A stretch of DNA of 64,000 nucleotides from a virus. The notes beneath the pieces were generated by a model. The model worked only from the letters and a program-made list of their open reading frames with translations, made no database searches and was not told the DNA's origin. The stretch spans positions 16,606 through 80,605 of the IMG/VR virus record IMGVR_UViG_3300025572_000008; one strand, 5' to 3'. The translations under genes were made by a program, and so were the position numbers. This document shows, one piece after another, positions 27,137 through 36,297 of the stretch. Position 1 is the first letter of the stretch. Each line of letters begins with the position of its first letter.

Positions 27137-28628
27137 GCTTATCAAGTCGGATCCCTACTTCGCCGAGAACGAACCTGCTATCCGGATCATCGATGGTACC
27201 GACCGCTCCGGCCTCATCAAGGCCGCGGCGGACAGCAAGATCGTCGAATACATCTCTCGCATTCACCCGGAGCCCAACAAGGTCTACCTCCACATCCTGG
27301 CGATGGGGGCAGGGGAGTATTTCGGCGCCAATCGGAACCAGGACTATTTCCCAGAGAACACGCTCCTGGATTACTACAAGACGTTCGAAACGTCGCCGGC
27401 GCACGTCTTCCGCAATCACATCAACAAGGATCCTGCCAAGGCGATCGGCCAGGTGGTCTTCGCCATCTACAACGATCGCATGCACCGGGTCGAGCTCATT
27501 GCTTGGATCGACAAAGACAAAGGCCGAGACGTCATCGAACGCATTGAGCGAGGAGACTACCCTGCTACGTCTATGGCGTGCCGCACGCCTTACGACGTTT
27601 GCAGCATATGCGGTAACCGGGCTCATTCCCGACAGGAGTACTGCGAACACCTCTCCGAAGAGCTAGGGCGCATTTATCCTGACGGACGCAAGGTCATGGC
27701 CTTGAACGTTGCCCCGCTTAAATTTTTCGATATTTCCATCGTAATTCGGCCGGCCGACGTTACCAGCTCCGTTTTGCAGAAAGTCGCTTCTGACGAAGGA
27801 CGTGTCATAGGTTCCGCCGAACTCGCTGAAGTTGAAGGTCTGACCGAAAAGACAGCTACGCTCAAAAAGCTCAGTGAGTTCATCAAAGAGGTCACGGACG
27901 GTGTGGTGATCGACGCCGATCCAAATCTCGATGCGGTGCTTGACAAGGTTTCGGACCCGGACGAGAGGGCGCTCGACATTCTTCGAAACTACGAGCTCAA
28001 ACCCGTGCTCGAATCCCTGGCTCATCTAGGAATCAGCCCTTCGATTAGCTGGCTGTCGGAGCTTATCGCTCGAAAGACGATGGGCAAGCAAGGAGAAGGG
28101 ATTGGAGACTTGGTGGCTGGCTACATCAAGGAAGTCGGAATCGAAGGGCTTCCTATGGCTGAGAAGGACTTTGGAGAACCGCAGGGGCCCAATCCTGCTA
28201 TCATCTCGGCTTTGATGCCTTCCGTGAAACAAGCGTCATTGCTCCCAGAGTATGTCACTGATCGAGCTTTCGTTCATGTGAACGGATCGACTTACATACC
28301 TGGAACCAACGTAGGTTTTGTCGGTAATGGCCCACACGTTGAGATGACTCCTTACGAGCGATTCCGCCAGCAGAATCTATTGCCTCAATCACAAACACCA
28401 GGAGGACTTCCTGGGATCGTAAAGACTCTGATGATTATCGGAGGGGCGGCGTTGGCTGCAAAATGGTACATCACACAGATGATTGAGCAGAAGATGAGGA
28501 GAAATCAGGCTTCTCACCAAGCTGGAGAGATTAAAATAGGTTTAGTCGAAAAACGCGCCGATGATTATCGATCAACGTACCGCCTCGCCGAAAGCGCAAT
28601 GGTGCGGCTGATTAAGAAGCGCTGTTAA
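27129..28628 (+). CDS. prohead maturation protease (HK97/assemblin-type, Zn ribbon)
   Basis: FRNH..KDP..AIGQV, catalytic-like TSMAC, CSICGN...CEH, FFDISIVIRPAD; located in the head cluster. Confidence 0.8.
   Translation: MLKLIKSDPYFAENEPAIRIIDGTDRSGLIKAAADSKIVEYISRIHPEPNKVYLHILAMGAGEYFGANRNQDYFPENTLLDYYKTFETSPAHVFRNHINKDPAKAIGQVVFAIYNDRMHRVELIAWIDKDKGRDVIERIERGDYPATSMACRTPYDVCSICGNRAHSRQEYCEHLSEELGRIYPDGRKVMALNVAPLKFFDISIVIRPADVTSSVLQKVASDEGRVIGSAELAEVEGLTEKTATLKKLSEFIKEVTDGVVIDADPNLDAVLDKVSDPDERALDILRNYELKPVLESLAHLGISPSISWLSELIARKTMGKQGEGIGDLVAGYIKEVGIEGLPMAEKDFGEPQGPNPAIISALMPSVKQASLLPEYVTDRAFVHVNGSTYIPGTNVGFVGNGPHVEMTPYERFRQQNLLPQSQTPGGLPGIVKTLMIIGGAALAAKWYITQMIEQKMRRNQASHQAGEIKIGLVEKRADDYRSTYRLAESAMVRLIKKRC
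28532..28539 (+). promoter_or_regulatory. putative late promoter motif TAAAATAG
   Basis: TTAAAATAGGTTTAG is identical to the 15-mer at 31666; lies in the 3' end of the protease gene. Confidence 0.6.
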
Positions 28629-28690
28629 TTCGAAACAAAAATTTCAAGAGGTCTCTATTGCAGCACATGGAGGCCACCTTAAAAGGACTA

Positions 28691-29812
28691 ATGATGACTA
28701 TGACTTTGGATGAACTTCTCTCGGATCTCGAGAAAACCGCAGGCCTGAATAAGGAAGCGGAAATGACCGAAGAGGCTAAGGCTCTGGAGAAGGAAGAGGA
28801 CAAAGAACACGAAAGCGCCAAGGAGAACATCTCCAAGGCGAAGGCGGCCATAGAGGCCGCTGAAAAAGACGTCGAAGACGCTAAGAAGGTCAACGACAAG
28901 GAGAAGGAGCATTGCAAGGAAGCACGTCTTCAAGGTGCTGCCCTGGCGCAAGAGGTGATGAGCAAGGTTGCCGCCCTCAAACTTACTACTAACACCACTG
29001 ACAAGGAACCTGAAATGAAGAAAGAAGCTGCTGAGGCCGGTAAGGCTCTGGCTGACGCCCTCCTGGAAAAGCTGGCTGAAGCCGGCGACGTCAACCTGCA
29101 TGACGGTGTGGCCCCTGGGTCTGTGCCCCAGAAGAACATCGTCAATTCGGCGCAAGTCGTTGCTGAAGACGACGCCAAGATCAAGCCTATGCCGACTGGC
29201 GATGGCATCAAGAACGAAGGAACGATCAACCAGATTCTGGAAGGCATCATCGCCGACGCAGTCGCTCAAGGTGCTACCCCTCACGGCCAAGGCGTGGAAG
29301 CTAAGGCTGCTCCGATCACTGCGGCAGAAGGCGGGGTTGAAGACCAGGCTGTGCCTAATCAAGTTCCGACCGACGAGCAGGAAAAGGCTGCTGCCGTTAT
29401 CGCTCTGGTTAACGATGGTTATGACTTCGAGTCTGCTGTCGAAATGGTCAAGGCTGCTGCCGAAGAGATCGAGCGTGAGGAAAGCGTGCAGATCAAGCAG
29501 GCTGCCTTGGGTGCTCTGCTCGATCGAGGCGTGGACTTCGACCAGGCCGTTGAGATGGTGAAGAAGGCGAACGCTCTGGTCCCCGCTGCCGGCCGTGCGC
29601 TGATGGCTCCCGCCAAGAAGGGTCTGAGCCGCGCGGCTAAGATCGGCATCGGTGCTGGCGCCGCGGGTGCCGTGGCCGGAGGAGCTGCGATGGCTGCCCG
29701 CCGTGGTCAGGAAAAGAAGGCTGCCCTTGACGCTCTGGTTGCGTCCGGCGTGGATTTTGACAAGGCTGTCGAGCTGGTGAACGCTAAGGCCGCCGAGATC
29801 TACGGAGAGTAA
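28691..29812 (+). CDS. scaffold-like head protein with three helical repeats
   Basis: Start moved to the AAAGGA SD; Ala/Glu/Lys-rich; repeats K.AA..AL...G.DF..AVE.V. Confidence 0.65.
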   Translation: MMTMTLDELLSDLEKTAGLNKEAEMTEEAKALEKEEDKEHESAKENISKAKAAIEAAEKDVEDAKKVNDKEKEHCKEARLQGAALAQEVMSKVAALKLTTNTTDKEPEMKKEAAEAGKALADALLEKLAEAGDVNLHDGVAPGSVPQKNIVNSAQVVAEDDAKIKPMPTGDGIKNEGTINQILEGIIADAVAQGATPHGQGVEAKAAPITAAEGGVEDQAVPNQVPTDEQEKAAAVIALVNDGYDFESAVEMVKAAAEEIEREESVQIKQAALGALLDRGVDFDQAVEMVKKANALVPAAGRALMAPAKKGLSRAAKIGIGAGAAGAVAGGAAMAARRGQEKKAALDALVASGVDFDKAVELVNAKAAEIYGE

Positions 29813-29820
29813 GTACAGAG

Positions 29821-29851
29821 ACTCCCCTTGCGACGACGTGAGGGGAGTTTT
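29821..29851 (+). terminator. intrinsic terminator
   Basis: ACTCCCCT/AGGGGAGT stem followed by TTT. Confidence 0.6.
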
Positions 29852-29896
29852 CGCTTATAAGAACAATCCCTTGATCAACAAGGGTTAAGCCCGACA

Positions 29897-30361
29897 ATGA
29901 GCAATAAATATCTTCTAAAGCTTGCGGCTATTATCGACGTTGATCCGGAAGGAAACGTTGTGCGAATTCACTCGGATCCGGATCTCGAACATCGAGCTAA
30001 CAAGGCCAAGCTTATCAATCCCTCTCAAAATCGGGCCAACAAATTTCTCCGCCGCGTTGTAGTGCCAGCCTCGATCGTAGGTAGTGCAGCCTACGGGGCG
30101 AAAAAGCTTTATAGCGGTCGCAGGGAAAAACGTGCGGAATTCCTGAGCCCCGAACGAAAGAAAGAGATAGCTCAAACCGGCGTTCTCGTCGGAACTGGAG
30201 TCGGGGCCTCAGCTGCGCTCGATCGCTTCGTTAAGCCACGAATGAATTTTTCCGGTCCTCTTGGGAAGGCCAAATATATCGGCCTAATAGGAGGAGCGAA
30301 CCTCGCTACAGATTACGCCGCAGTTAAAATTAACAAGGCAATTGAACATGCCCGTACCTAA
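29897..30361 (+). CDS. NKYLLKLA-tagged putative internal head protein
   Basis: Tag, internal EKRA site and two Gly-rich hydrophobic segments. Confidence 0.65.
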   Translation: MSNKYLLKLAAIIDVDPEGNVVRIHSDPDLEHRANKAKLINPSQNRANKFLRRVVVPASIVGSAAYGAKKLYSGRREKRAEFLSPERKKEIAQTGVLVGTGVGASAALDRFVKPRMNFSGPLGKAKYIGLIGGANLATDYAAVKINKAIEHART

Positions 30362-30385
30362 TGACGGGCAAGGATTAACAACGAA

Positions 30386-30991
30386 ATGAGTAACGTCGCA
30401 CAAACTCTCCGCGAACAGGCCGCGGAACTTCGCCTGACTCCAGAGAGCGTCGCAATCGAGATGTTGAAGGAAGCTGGGCTGTCTGAAGAAGACGCTCGCT
30501 TCGAAGTTCTCCAGACTCTTATGGAAAAAGAGGCCCTGTCTGCGCTGACGGACAAGGGCATCGACATGGAAGAGGCGGTGAAGTTAGTCAAGGCTGCGAA
30601 CATCAACGTTCGTGAGCTCACCAACATCACTCTCGAACCGGAGACCAATCCGACGGCCGATCTCCTAGAGAAGGCAGCAACGTACATCGAAGCTCTCGAA
30701 GGACGTGTTGCCGAGCTCGAGACCGAGAATGCCAAGCTCTACGAAGATCTGGAAAAAGCTGTAACCGAGGCGTCTGCAGCGAAAGAAGAAGAACCGGAGC
30801 TGCCGGAGTCTTTGAGCAAGCTGGCTTCGGTCGGTGCTTTTACCAACGAGGACCTGGCTGAGCTGAAGCGTCTTAATCCAGAAGTGCTGACTAAGGTTGC
30901 ATCCGTTGCGGATGAACCGTGGAGCCTTGGGGCTCCCGCCGGGGTAGCCCGTCCTCAGACGGATCCTTTGTTGGAGTTCATCCTCAGCTAG
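30386..30991 (+). CDS. scaffold-like coiled-coil protein
   Basis: Shares the repeat EKEALSAL..KGIDMEEAVKLVKAA with the 28691 protein. Confidence 0.65.
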   Translation: MSNVAQTLREQAAELRLTPESVAIEMLKEAGLSEEDARFEVLQTLMEKEALSALTDKGIDMEEAVKLVKAANINVRELTNITLEPETNPTADLLEKAATYIEALEGRVAELETENAKLYEDLEKAVTEASAAKEEEPELPESLSKLASVGAFTNEDLAELKRLNPEVLTKVASVADEPWSLGAPAGVARPQTDPLLEFILS

Positions 30992-30996
30992 TCATC

Positions 30997-31314
30997 GTGA
31001 CGAACAAGTACCTCGAGAAACTCGCCCGGCATGACAAGGGCGAGAACAACAAAGTCTCCGACGTTGCAAAGAAGGCGATCCCTGCCAGCGCGGTCGGCGG
31101 TGCATTAGGTGCAGCGATCGGCCTGCAGAATCACAAGAGCATGGTTCAGCGATTGAACCGCTCCGGTGCCCTGGGTCGCCAAGTTTCTCCCATCCTTGAT
31201 CGAGCTTTCAAGAGACGAGCCGTGGGGCGCAGCTCTCTCGGCTATGCCGGCGTCGTCGGTGGTCTCTCGGCTTTGAACGCCGCCATGAAATCGAAAAGCT
31301 CGTCTTCCCAATAA
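30997..31314 (+). CDS. NKYLEKLA-tagged small basic protein
   Basis: GTG start VTNKYLEKLA; Gly-zipper AVGGALGAAIG. Confidence 0.65.
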   Translation: MTNKYLEKLARHDKGENNKVSDVAKKAIPASAVGGALGAAIGLQNHKSMVQRLNRSGALGRQVSPILDRAFKRRAVGRSSLGYAGVVGGLSALNAAMKSKSSSSQ

Positions 31315-31322
31315 CAATCTCC

Positions 31323-31625
31323 GTGAACAAGTACTTAGAGAAAATCGCCGCCGACAAGGAAAAGAAATACAGCGTCCGCAATTCGGCTATCGCAGGTGGA
31401 CTGCTGGGAGCAAACGTTGCCGGTACGTGGTCTATCTCCAATCAGTTCAAAGAAGATCTTGTCGACTGGGCAAAACGTCCAGGGTCCCCTGATCTGAAGA
31501 AGTTTCCGAACATGAAACCCTTCAGTGCACGGACGCTTAAAGCGGCCGGCAAGGGCGCAGCCGTTCTCGGTTCTCTCGGCGCCGCGGAAGCTGCAATTCG
31601 CAATCGCTTTCAGAAGAAGAAATAA
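31323..31625 (+). CDS. NKYLEKIA-tagged small basic protein
   Basis: GTG start; Gly-zipper segments. Confidence 0.7.
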   Translation: MNKYLEKIAADKEKKYSVRNSAIAGGLLGANVAGTWSISNQFKEDLVDWAKRPGSPDLKKFPNMKPFSARTLKAAGKGAAVLGSLGAAEAAIRNRFQKKK

Positions 31626-31634
31626 TCGGTTTTT

Positions 31635-31660
31635 GCTCCGAAATAATCGGAGCCGTTTTT
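31635..31660 (+). terminator. intrinsic terminator
   Basis: GCTCCGA/TCGGAGC stem followed by a T-run. Confidence 0.55.
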
Positions 31661-31666
31661 CTGCAT

Positions 31667-31674
31667 TAAAATAG
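31667..31674 (+). promoter_or_regulatory. putative late promoter motif TAAAATAG
   Basis: Upstream of the decoration/MCP operon. Confidence 0.6.
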
Positions 31675-31764
31675 GTTTAGCAGTAGCGCAATTCTAGGAC
31701 CAAGTCAATTAGGTGACTTGGTCACAGTAATAACAAAAGCATATTTGCTTAAAGGAATAAAAAT

Positions 31765-32199
31765 ATGTTGATGGAACGTGTGGCGGAGATCATCCGCGGC
31801 TGGCCGTATGACGGCTCGCTCGATCGATCCGAGCCTATCAAGGCAGGGGAAACCCTCGTCAACGGTGACTGGGTCACCAAATCGACTGACAACACCGTCG
31901 AGAAGGTCGGTGCGAGCCCCGTGGCTCTGACCGGCCTCGTGGTTGTCGGTAACGGCGACAGCGGTTCTGCCGCAAACGCCGGTCAAGCGGTGGTCCTCTG
32001 GGACAACTTCATCGCCAAGGTTTCGAACTACGAGGCAGGGAGCTACACGCCCGGCCAGGCTCTGACTGTCAAGAACGGTGTGCTGACTGCCGCCGCGACC
32101 GATGGCTCCGAGCCGATCAATGCGTATGTTCTCGACGTCGTTGCGGCTGTATCGGGCCCCAACCCCCAGACCGCTCACTTGGTCGTGCTCAAGGTTTAA
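31765..32199 (+). CDS. probable capsid decoration/cement protein
   Basis: 144 aa, Gly/Val-rich beta protein immediately upstream of the MCP. Confidence 0.6.
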   Translation: MLMERVAEIIRGWPYDGSLDRSEPIKAGETLVNGDWVTKSTDNTVEKVGASPVALTGLVVVGNGDSGSAANAGQAVVLWDNFIAKVSNYEAGSYTPGQALTVKNGVLTAAATDGSEPINAYVLDVVAAVSGPNPQTAHLVVLKV

Positions 32200-32217
32200 T
32201 AAGGGGGAAGAATAAAA

Positions 32218-33111
32218 ATGAGCGGATACAACCTCGAAACTATCAACGTTCAGTTTCTGAACCAGTCCTTCCTGGACAAGATCGATCAAGGTCTGACTAA
32301 GGAAGCCGGCGTTGCCATCTCGGCCTTTGTGCGCCAAAAGCTCCGTGAAGACGGCTTCACCCGCAAGGTTCTGAACCCGATTAGTGTCACGGCTGCCGAA
32401 CTCGACCGTCAGGTGACGGAAGAGCCGACGATCATCGTCGAAAAGGAACCGGATTCGATTGCTGCCAACCTGCCGTTCCTGGGCCGCGCTGAGATCCGTT
32501 ACTGGAAAACAGCCCGCTATCCGGTGACCTTCCAGAAGATCTCTTCTGCTTCGTTCAAGAAGAGCAAGTTCGAGCTGGCTACCTACCGCACGGACATCCG
32601 TACCGTGCTGCAGGAAAACAGCGTCAAGGACATGCAGAAGCAGGAAGACAGAAACTTCTATGACAACGTCATCCAGATGGCCACCGACAACAACAATGTG
32701 TTCAACATTTCTGGCGGTTTCACGAAGGCTAATCTGGTGGCAGGCATCAAGAACATGCTCCGTCACCAGTTGCCTGTCGGCTGCCTGCTGATGACGCAGT
32801 CGATGTACGCTGATCTGCTGGCCTTCCCCTCCACTGAAATCGGTTCGCCTGCTGCCTCGGATCTGTTCCGCGGTCAGGGTACGCTGGACACCTTCTTCGG
32901 CTACAAGGTGATCGTGACCAACAAGCACGACATTCTGCCGGATACCCAGTGCCTCGTCTTTGCTCCGCAGGAATACCTCGGTCAGTTCTACGCCCTCCAG
33001 GATGCCACCGTGTTCCTGAAGGTCGAACAGGACATCATCGAGTTCACCTCCTACGAAGCGGTCGGCGTAGGTATCGGCAACGTCAACGGAGTCGTTGTCC
33101 TGAACTTCTAA
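32218..33111 (+). CDS. major capsid protein (HK97 fold)
   Basis: 297 aa; E-loop/backbone-helix pattern (IRTVLQENSVKDMQKQEDRNF), C-terminal YEAVGVGIGN; strongly biased codons; terminator follows; TKEA site at residues 27-30. Confidence 0.8.
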   Translation: MSGYNLETINVQFLNQSFLDKIDQGLTKEAGVAISAFVRQKLREDGFTRKVLNPISVTAAELDRQVTEEPTIIVEKEPDSIAANLPFLGRAEIRYWKTARYPVTFQKISSASFKKSKFELATYRTDIRTVLQENSVKDMQKQEDRNFYDNVIQMATDNNNVFNISGGFTKANLVAGIKNMLRHQLPVGCLLMTQSMYADLLAFPSTEIGSPAASDLFRGQGTLDTFFGYKVIVTNKHDILPDTQCLVFAPQEYLGQFYALQDATVFLKVEQDIIEFTSYEAVGVGIGNVNGVVVLNF

Positions 33112-33130
33112 CCGCCTCTACGAGGTAAAG

Positions 33131-33157
33131 AAAAAGCCCGGATAATCCGGGCTTTTT
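33131..33157. terminator. bidirectional terminator
   Basis: AAAAAGCCCGGA TAA TCCGGGCTTTTT. Confidence 0.85.
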
Positions 33158-33162
33158 CATTT

Positions 33163-34662
33163 CTAGAGTTTCAACTCCCACTTAGTCACACCGCAATCGT
33201 AAAGCTTTCTATAGCCGTTACGACGACAGTTTTCTGCTTCTGATAACGTTTCGTCAAACGTCTCTAAGCGTTTTGGAAGTTCCTTCCTTTGGAAGGCTCT
33301 ACGATCGTACCTTCTTTGGCCTCTTACCCACCAATATCTGGGTTCTCCGTGACCTACCAAGGTGAATCCGGTAGAATGGTATACCTTTCCAGTGCTCCAC
33401 GACCGATCGGAGAAACTGACTATTTTCTCGAAACGAGATCCGTGCTCTCTCTTGAACGCAGACAGGAGCTTACTAAATCCGCCTCGAACATGTCCGTCTG
33501 AACAAAATCTTTCGAGACAGATCTCTCCCGGAGGGCAGTTCTTGGATGAAAACATCATGGCTGCAACCAGCATTCCTTCTTTAGTGTACAACCCGTAACA
33601 CAGTTCGCACGCAGAAGGCTTACCCTGCATATGATGCTTGTCTACGAACGCCCCTATTTCTTTCATGGAAGCTAGACGAACTTCCAAGTCTCTCGCGTTG
33701 AACTTTCTATCAGAAAGCCCTAGTTGAGACTTAAGCCAGGAGATCGTCTTTTCCTTTCCGAAAACCCAGTCGTCCTCCCAGATATGGATAAGATGAATAC
33801 CGTATTGGTTAGCTTCGAGGGTCTTTTTAAGATGGTACTTTCTGTCAGGCCTAAACTCTTCGGTGTGCCATCTTAAACCGTTATATTCTATGGCAATTCG
33901 AAGAGAGGGGATGTAGATATCCAGTTTTGATCCATTAGGAAGAGCTATCTCAGGTAAGGCTTCGAGCCCGTAAGACTCAAGGATAGTCAGAATTTCCTGA
34001 ACGGGTTCCGATGAAAGACCTCCACATTTCTCGCATCCATGACCTCCTAGGTGGTCATACGCAAGCTGGGTAAACTCACCGTGTTTGCTACATATGATCC
34101 TTACCTTGTCGTGCAGTCTATCAAACGAAACAAGGGAATAGTCGTATTTATCACCATGGACTTCCTTTGCTCTGGCGATGAATTCCTTTGGGGACAAAGC
34201 GTGTTTTTTGCCAATAGCTTCCCTTCCGCACTCCGGACATCCCGTACCGTTGTTCAAATGGTTTGCAATCGTCGGGAAGAAGGAGATTTGATGTATCGGA
34301 CAGATAACTTCAATCTTGTCTACCGATCGACCGATCACTGCCCGTGAATAGTCATACTTGTCCCCGTGTACCTTTCGAGCCCTTTCTAAGAAAGACTCCC
34401 TGGTAATCCCTCGAAGAGCTCGTATTCTTTCTCCCGTTGCATCGGCTTTGCACCTGGGGCATCCGCCTCGGCCCCGTAAGTGGTCGTGAGCAAATGGAGT
34501 AAAGACGCAATCGTGGATTCGGCAGCGGACTGAAATCCTTTTATTGACGGTTAGAAAGGCCGTGTTCGAATAGTCGTACTTATCTCCGTATTTGCTAATG
34601 CAAAACTCTACAAAGCTTTCAGGCGTCCACTTACGACGCTTGTTAGAGCCCGGTGATGTCAT
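33163..34662 (-). mobile_element. free-standing homing-endonuclease-like gene (Zn-finger repeats + PD-(D/E)xK nuclease + GNAT-like C-terminal domain)
   Basis: Three (H/Y)GDKYDYS...C..H...H....GCP.C repeats; LDIYIPSLRIAIEYNGLRWH; C-terminal LERFCS..GGFSKLL..SFSDRSW.G.VY..TGF; lower GC; antisense insertion in the head cluster. Start moved to 34662. Confidence 0.75.
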
Positions 34663-34944
34663 ATTCCTATCTGTAGTTAACTGGACATTACGAATTTTAA
34701 GTAAGGTCATGAGCGTCGTCAAGCCTGCGCAGAAGCAATCCGGACTATCGAAGCTAAATAAAGCCCAGGCCCCAGAGGGGACCTGAGCCCTAGACCGGTT
34801 TACAAACATGGAAGGTTAGGGTGTAGCGGCGTTGGTTGACCTGCGTTGAACAGTTAGCGGTCGTTGTCAAGATATCCTCCAAACGACAGGTGCGATACCT
34901 CGGTTGTTTGCGGCGTATGGGTACCGTCCTTCCCTGCCATCATC

Positions 34945-34952
34945 CTTATACC
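34945..34952 (-). promoter_or_regulatory. putative early promoter motif GGTATAAG
   Basis: About 280 nt upstream of the endonuclease start. Confidence 0.55.
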
Positions 34953-34998
34953 AAAAGGCACTGTCGTTCTCTAAGTGGCGCAGTTTAGCCGATGACGT

Positions 34999-35005
34999 TA
35001 AAATA
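34999..35005 (+). promoter_or_regulatory. putative late promoter motif TAAAATA
   Basis: 28 nt before ATG 35034. Confidence 0.5.
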
Positions 35006-35033
35006 TGAGGGTATCCAAGGATTTCCCCTCAAC

Positions 35034-35357
35034 ATGGCCGGCAAAGCGAACCGCTATATCTCGAAGGTAGTGAAATTTCTTGACCGTCTCTCCGGTCATT
35101 CTGCCAGAGAGTGGAAGGTCAAGTCTGACATTCTCTCACACGCTGCCAAGAAGGGTATTACGCCGCAGCGAGCGGAGCGCCGGGCCCGAGTCGAAGCAGG
35201 CCGATCGTTTCAAACGAGAGCCAAGACCGGTGTTGTAGGCGGAGCTCTCGGAACCGCCGGATTTCTCGGTCTTCATAAGTATCATCAACACAAAGACAAT
35301 CAGATTCTTAAAAAGATCGACTCCATGTACCGGAATCCTGATGGGTACGATCGTTAA
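35034..35357 (+). CDS. small basic protein with Gly zipper
   Basis: Start MAGKANRYISKVV (tag-like); GVVGGALGTAG. Confidence 0.6.
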   Translation: MAGKANRYISKVVKFLDRLSGHSAREWKVKSDILSHAAKKGITPQRAERRARVEAGRSFQTRAKTGVVGGALGTAGFLGLHKYHQHKDNQILKKIDSMYRNPDGYDR

Positions 35358-35820
35358 TTTAGAAAGGACCAAACTTATGAACAAGCAACTTTACGTCGTC
35401 AACAAGACCGACACGAACCTTCAGTTTAAACAGGGCTTCTTGATTATCAATCGAGGTGGATTCAAGGCAATTCGCGCGGAAGACGTAGACCACCCCGACT
35501 TTGCATACGCCCTTGAACGAGATTGGATCGAGATTACCGACAAGAAGCCGGAAATTAAAGAACCGGTCGGGGGCGTCAAGGTCATTGAAACCGTGAATCC
35601 CTATCGCGGCATGACGTCAGAAGAATATAGGGCAGAGAAGGCCAGGGAAGCTCAGGAGAAGGCTGAGAGGGAAGCGGTGGCGACGTCTGAAGCTGTCGGG
35701 CGGCAGCCGGAGACCTCTGAAGAGGCAGAGGCCGTCGTCGACGAAGTCTCTGAGCCGGTTGAAGCCAAGACCGAAGCCGCTCCTAAGCGTGGTCGCAAGG
35801 CCTCGAAGGCTGCTGAGTAA
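35341..35820 (+). CDS. hypothetical structural-cluster protein
   Basis: 159 aa; likely start at MNKQLY (AAGGA SD); charged tail. Confidence 0.7.
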   Translation: MGTIVNLERTKLMNKQLYVVNKTDTNLQFKQGFLIINRGGFKAIRAEDVDHPDFAYALERDWIEITDKKPEIKEPVGGVKVIETVNPYRGMTSEEYRAEKAREAQEKAEREAVATSEAVGRQPETSEEAEAVVDEVSEPVEAKTEAAPKRGRKASKAAE

Positions 35821-35832
35821 TCGGGAGCACGT

Positions 35833-36276
35833 ATGGCTACGCCCCAGGTTCTAACTGTTCTGGAGGTTCGAGAGTACGTCAGTGACTACGCTCCGAACAA
35901 CTATTTGATCGACGGGGAGGAGTTCACCGACACCTATATCCAGCTCTGCATGGACCTGGCGGCGGAGGAGTTCAACGCCATCGCTCCGCTGACACGCTAC
36001 AATCTGGCAACATTCCCTTCCAAGGCCGTTCTTCTCATGGGAACGATCTGGAAGATGATGGACGGTAAGTCGTTGCTGCTGGCCAGAAATACCATGGCAT
36101 ACGCCGACGGTGGCCTCCAGGTCCCGATCGAAGAACGAGCCGAACTTTATTCGAATCTGGCCTCGAAGTTTGGGCAGGAATTTAAAGAATCCGCGGTCCG
36201 TCTAAAGGCCAATTTGAACATGGAATCGGGTTTTGGTTCTGTAGGCTCCGATTATTCCAATTTCCCGCTGTGGTAA
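35833..36276 (+). CDS. probable head-tail adaptor (neck) protein
   Basis: 147 aa helical protein in the canonical position after the MCP. Confidence 0.6.
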   Translation: MATPQVLTVLEVREYVSDYAPNNYLIDGEEFTDTYIQLCMDLAAEEFNAIAPLTRYNLATFPSKAVLLMGTIWKMMDGKSLLLARNTMAYADGGLQVPIEERAELYSNLASKFGQEFKESAVRLKANLNMESGFGSVGSDYSNFPLW

Positions 36277-36297
36277 AAATACAACGTTTTACCGTTC

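Noticed and set aside
31705-32928. 407-aa minus-strand ORF; also 26225-27115, 21511-22245, 23053-23742 and 28688-29362
   Set aside because: All lie opposite well-supported plus-strand structural genes and lack SD sites or motifs.
34663-34944. Homology between the endonuclease leader and the RT leader (shared CGCCGCAA and CCTGTCGT)
   Set aside because: Two 8-mers in opposite order are compatible with chance.
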